A stretch of 11,228 bases of DNA, taken from positions 1 through 11,228 of the forward strand of contig JBBIOM010000050.1 in assembly GCA_037443365.1 (NCBI GenBank). The letters run 5' to 3'. The notes under the pieces were generated by a model. It worked only from the letters and a program-made list of their open reading frames with translations, was not told where the DNA came from and made no database searches. Shown piece by piece: positions 7,974 to 11,228 of the stretch. Source of the DNA: Armatimonadota bacterium. Lineage in GTDB: Bacteria; Sysuimicrobiota; Sysuimicrobiia; Sysuimicrobiales; Humicultoraceae. Position 1 is the stretch's first letter. Each line of letters opens with the position of its first letter. The position numbers and the translations under genes are program-made.

Positions 7974-8642
7974 ATGAAGCTGACTATCCGCCTGCTCACT
8001 CCCGACCTCTGGCCAGCGCTCGAAGACCTGTTCGGGAAGAGGGGCGCATGCAATGGCTGTTGGTGCATGTACTGGCGTATCGGCAGCGAGTACCGCAAGA
8101 GGCCGCGCGAGAAGAACAAGGCGGCCCTTCGACGCATCGTAAGGCGCGGTCCTCCTCCAGGTCTGCTTGCCTTTGACGGTGATGTGGCCGTCGGCTGGTG
8201 CCAGCTAACTCCGCGCGCCGCCCTCCCGTGGCTGAATCGCGCCAGGATGCTTGGGCCTGTCGACGACCTGCCCGTCTGGTCACTGTCCTGCTTCTTCGTG
8301 CGCAGAGGCTATCGCAAGCGAGGCGTTGCTTCTGCGCTGATCGCCGCCGCGGTCAAGGCCGCAAGGTTCGCCAAGGCCCCTGCGCTTGAGGCTTATCCTG
8401 TCGATCTGGACGCGCCCAGGGCGACGACGAACGTCTTTACGGGCACGGCTTCGATGTTCGCCCGCGCCGGCTTCAAGACAGTTGCTTCGCGCGACCCGTC
8501 TCGCCCGATCATGCGCCACGATCTCAAGGCGACCAGGCGCGGCTCCCTGCCGCCGAGATGGGCGCTGCGGAACTCACACAGTTCCTCACATCGCTCGCCG
8601 TTCAGGGAAAGGTGGCAGCCTCCACCCAGAACCAGGCCCTGA
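7974..8642 (+). CDS. GNAT-family N-acetyltransferase (CxxCWC subfamily) with a non-native C-terminal extension into the intI remnant
   Basis: RBS GAGGGAG before ATG 7974. Motifs DLFG..GACNGCWCMYWR, GWCQLTPR, WSLSCFFVRRGYRKRGVASALI (acetyl-CoA binding), LEAYPVD and FTGTASMFARAGF. Recognisable similarity ends at about IMRHDL (~8527). Confidence 0.85.
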   Translation: MKLTIRLLTPDLWPALEDLFGKRGACNGCWCMYWRIGSEYRKRPREKNKAALRRIVRRGPPPGLLAFDGDVAVGWCQLTPRAALPWLNRARMLGPVDDLPVWSLSCFFVRRGYRKRGVASALIAAAVKAARFAKAPALEAYPVDLDAPRATTNVFTGTASMFARAGFKTVASRDPSRPIMRHDLKATRRGSLPPRWALRNSHSSSHRSPFRERWQPPPRTRP

Positions 8643-9026
8643 GCGCGCTCCTGTTCCTCTACCGCGAGGTGCTCGGACACAAGGTCCCATGGCTTGATGA
8701 CCTCGTGCACGCGAAGCGCCCGCGCCGGGTCCCTGTCGTCTTGACCCGCGACGAGGTGCGGACGCTTCTCGGCCGACTCCAGGGCGTCTCGCGCCTGATG
8801 GCGCTTCTGCTGTACGGGGCAGGACTTCGGGTTGAACCAGATCGTGGTACGGGCAGGCAAGGGCGACAAGGACCGCGTGACGATGCTGCCCGCCGCCGTC
8901 AAAGCCGACCTGGCGCGGCACCTCGACCATGTGAGGCGGCAGTACCCCAACGCGGGCCGGGAGTGGGGTTGGCAGTGGGTCTTCCCGGCTACCCGCGTCT
9001 ACATCGATCGGATGACCGGGGCGTAG
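8540..9026 (+). pseudogene. intI: Integron integrase remnant with several deletions and a frameshift
   Basis: Frame from 8558: EMGAAELTQFLTSLAVQGKVAASTQNQALSALLFLYREVL...AKRPRRVPVVLTRDEV...LLYGAGLR. Frame from 8823: [23 protein letters not shown]...[16 protein letters not shown], which includes the IntI-specific insert. The N-terminus, RRHH, HxLRH and the catalytic Tyr region are absent. Confidence 0.92.
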
Positions 9027-9078
9027 GGGAGGTGGCCGGGCTCGGGCGGCTCGCCGGCCGGCAAGGGGTCTCACGGCA

Positions 9079-9107
9079 TTGCAGACGCACCGCGGTGGCG
9101 CAATAAT
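9079..9107 (+). promoter_or_regulatory. Candidate cassette promoter (Pc)
   Basis: TTGCAG (9079-9084), a 17-nt spacer, then AATAAT (9102-9107). It points toward the array, about 210 nt upstream of the putative crossover. Confidence 0.45.
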
Positions 9108-9286
9108 GGGGACCAAGGGCGGCTGGCACGCTGGATGGGTCTGCCGCCCGGCGCCTGAACGGCGGATTAGGCAGGTCTGTCCATGACAGCGCCGGATAGC
9201 GCCTTGTGGGCGCGGCTCATTAAGGAAGCGAGAGGGATCAGAAGGAAACGGTGACAGGTGCTGGGCTGCAGGGCTCGCTGTGTTTG

Positions 9287-9321
9287 AGGTATTGGGCAGG
9301 TCTGCCCAATACCTGTTAGGC
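9287..9321 (+). mobile_element. Putative attI recombination site
   Basis: The GTTRRRY core GTTAGGC (9315-9321) is directly preceded by a perfect 13-bp inverted repeat (9287-9299 / 9302-9314). GTTAGGCAGCG matches the reverse complement of the cassette 1 R'' region (GTTAGACAGCG) at 10 of 11 positions. Confidence 0.7.
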
Positions 9322-9340
9322 AGCGAGGAGGAGGAACCCG

Positions 9341-10171
9341 GTGGCGTCACCACTCGTGAGCGGCTGGCTCTACGCCACCGTCCCAATCGACAATCCTCAG
9401 GGAGAGTCAGGTACGGGCTTTCTCGTGTTCCGCAAGATTGCGGCGGACCAGGGGCGGGTATTTCTCGTCACCAACAAGCACGTTGTCTGTCGAGACCCAG
9501 CCGCGCGCCCGAACGTCACGCATGTGGTTTGCCACTTCAACACCAAAGAGCCGGATGGATCGCTCGGCAAGTCGTTTGGCCAAATCCCCCTCAAGAACCA
9601 CGATGGTTCCACGCGATTTCGAGAGCACCCCGATCCCGATACTGACGTGTACGCGATCGACGTCACCGATGTGATGAACCTCAATCCTACGCTAGAGAAG
9701 CGGTGGGTGGGCTACGACATGTTCGCCGACGAGGCGAAGCGTACCGAATTGGACATTACGGCCGGCGAGGAGGTCGTCACGATCGGCTATCCACTGGGCC
9801 TACGACAGGGCGACTCGAACTTCCCCCTGATTCGTCAGGGAGTCATTGCGACGAAGATTGGTGTGCCGTTGAAGGACAAGGTCCGTGATGGCGCGGGCGT
9901 CCGCGACCGCACACTACGAGCCTTTCTGATCGACGGAGCTACGATACCCGGCTCGAGCGGTAGTCCCGTGATCCTGAAGCCGGTGATCGGGCGTATCCAG
10001 GGCAACTCGATTGTGATGGGTTCCGCACCTCCCGTCCTCCTGGGAATCGTGGCCGAGACCAAGTACGCTCCAGTTCAAACGTGCACCGGGGTGATCCCGG
10101 GGTTTGCTGACCTTGGGCTGGCATTCGACGTCGAGACGATCAGTGAGACCATCGAGCTGTTCTTCGCGTGA
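9341..10171 (+). CDS. Trypsin-like serine protease (gene cassette 1), no signal peptide
   Basis: GTG start with RBS GAGGAGGAGG. Motifs SGTGFLV, LVTNKHVV (His), DTDVYAIDV (Asp), TIGYPLG and IDGATIPGSSGSPV (Ser) give an intact triad. Confidence 0.88.
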   Translation: MASPLVSGWLYATVPIDNPQGESGTGFLVFRKIAADQGRVFLVTNKHVVCRDPAARPNVTHVVCHFNTKEPDGSLGKSFGQIPLKNHDGSTRFREHPDPDTDVYAIDVTDVMNLNPTLEKRWVGYDMFADEAKRTELDITAGEEVVTIGYPLGLRQGDSNFPLIRQGVIATKIGVPLKDKVRDGAGVRDRTLRAFLIDGATIPGSSGSPVILKPVIGRIQGNSIVMGSAPPVLLGIVAETKYAPVQTCTGVIPGFADLGLAFDVETISETIELFFA

Positions 10172-10186
10172 GGTTCCGCCGCCGCT

Positions 10187-10249
10187 GTCTAACCCGCGCT
10201 TGCAGGGGACGGCGCTGCGCGCCGCCGATGAACCGCCGAGTCGCTAGGC
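10187..10249 (+). mobile_element. attC site of cassette 1 (degenerate R' core)
   Basis: R'' GTCTAAC (10187-10193), a 5-nt spacer, L''-like CTTGCAGG, central hairpin GGCGC-TGC-GCGCC, L'-like GATGAAC, and R' GCTAGGC (10243-10249) with GCT in place of GTT. Length is 63 bp. Confidence 0.8.
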
Positions 10250-10269
10250 CGCTGATTCGATCATAGGCT

Positions 10270-11217
10270 ATGGAGACACGCGAACACTTTCGCGGATGCT
10301 TGCTGGGTCTGGCGGCGGGCGATGCCGTCGGCACAACCGCCGAATTCCAGCCTCGTGGCACGTTCCCGGCCATTACCGACATGATCGGGAAAGGCCCGTT
10401 TGGCCTACAACCCGGCCAATGGACCGATGACACTTCGATGGCTCTCTGTTTGGCGACCAGTCTGCTCGAAGTCAATGGCTTTGATGCTCTAGATCAGATG
10501 CGTCGCTACTGGGAATGGTATCAACATGGCTACCTCAGCAGCACGAGACGCTGCTTCGACATCGGCAACACGGTCAAGCAGGCGCTGCATGACTTCAAAC
10601 AGACTGGCGATCCATTCGCGGGTTCGATCCAGCCCGATACGGCGGGGAATGGGTCCATCATGCGCCTCGCGCCGGTGCCCATGTATTACTTCGCTCGTCC
10701 GGACGACGCGCTCTACTACTCCGCAGAAAGCTCGCGAACAACCCACGGTGCAATCGAGTGTCTGGATGCTTGCCGCTTGCTCGGGAGCATTCTGCTCCGC
10801 GCATTGACTGGAGCAGATAAGACAACTGTTCTTCTGGGCGAGACGCCAAACAGCATCCAATCCGATTCGATCAGGCGCATCGGCCAGGGACAGTATCAAA
10901 CCAAAGATGCAAGTGCCATTCGGGGCACGGGCTATGTGGTCAATAGCCTGGAGGCAGCGCTGTGGTGTTTCTGGACCACTACGACTTATGAAGCAGCAAT
11001 CCTGACCGCAGCGAACTTGGGCGATGACGCCGACACAACGGCCGCGATCTGCGGCCAGGTTGCCGGAGCGCACTATGGTGAGGCTGGCATCCCAGCGCGC
11101 TGGATAAAGCAATTGGCACGGAGCGAGATGATTCGCGGATTAGCAGACAGGCTATTCGTGGCGAGCCATGCGGCCCAACATGCGCATCCAGCCGACAACG
11201 CTCAGCATTGCGGCTGA
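10270..11217 (+). CDS. ADP-ribosylglycohydrolase (DraG/ARH family; gene cassette 2)
   Basis: Motifs GCLLGLAAGDAVG, GQWTDDTSMA, CFDIGNT, AGNGSIMRLAP, SSRTTH, SLEAALW and ANLGDDADTTAAICGQVAGA. The metal-binding TDD and DADT motifs are intact. Confidence 0.95.
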   Translation: METREHFRGCLLGLAAGDAVGTTAEFQPRGTFPAITDMIGKGPFGLQPGQWTDDTSMALCLATSLLEVNGFDALDQMRRYWEWYQHGYLSSTRRCFDIGNTVKQALHDFKQTGDPFAGSIQPDTAGNGSIMRLAPVPMYYFARPDDALYYSAESSRTTHGAIECLDACRLLGSILLRALTGADKTTVLLGETPNSIQSDSIRRIGQGQYQTKDASAIRGTGYVVNSLEAALWCFWTTTTYEAAILTAANLGDDADTTAAICGQVAGAHYGEAGIPARWIKQLARSEMIRGLADRLFVASHAAQHAHPADNAQHCG

Positions 11218-11228
11218 TGCGCGCCGTT
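11173..11228 (+). mobile_element. attC site of cassette 2, cut by the window end
   Basis: R'' GCCCAAC (11173-11179), a 5-nt spacer, L'' CATCCAGC (11185-11192), L' GCTGATG (11213-11219; pairs with L'' leaving one extra base), a 6-nt spacer, then GTT (11226-11228). Confidence 0.88.

Larger units (their letters stand above)
8540..11228 (+). mobile_element. Degenerate integron: intI pseudogene, putative attI and at least two gene cassettes
   Basis: intI remnant, a GTTAGGC core at 9315, and two single ORFs each followed by an attC-like imperfect inverted repeat. The cassettes are visibly less GC-rich than the upstream genes. Confidence 0.88.

Noticed and set aside
8558..9106. 182-aa ORF as a functional integrase
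   Set aside because: It leaves the IntI frame after GLR (8830) and lacks the HxLRH motif and catalytic Tyr.
9177..9189. CTGTCCATGACAG as a LexA box
   Set aside because: The spacer is 5 nt rather than the 8 nt of CTGT-N8-ACAG, and it is not at the intI promoter.
9166..9314. Repeat pair as a CRISPR array or terminator
   Set aside because: Only two short copies 125 bp apart, no cas genes, and no U-tract after the palindrome; an attI-associated role fits better.

Overview
High-GC bacterial window with three parts. (1) Positions 1-3249: a minus-strand gene missed by the ORF track (1043 to off the left edge), which I translated by hand as a DUF6569/ARPP-1-like protein. It has a near-consensus sigma70 promoter and is divergent from an XRE-family regulator followed by an RNase J-like beta-CASP metallo-nuclease; together these are a candidate regulated conflict or stress module. 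(2) Positions 3320-8642: a secreted clan GH-A-like hydrolase, an AfuA/FbpA-like ABC binding protein and permease with no ATPase, a small Lys/Ala/Pro-rich histone H1-like ORF with a terminator, and a GNAT acetyltransferase whose 3' end runs into an integrase remnant. (3) Positions 8540-11228: a decaying integron. It has a multiply deleted intI pseudogene co-oriented with the array, a candidate Pc promoter, a palindromic putative attI, and two cassettes (a trypsin-like serine protease and an ADP-ribosylglycohydrolase), each with an attC. The window ends exactly at the GTT of the second attC. All family calls come from motif recognition, not database searches.
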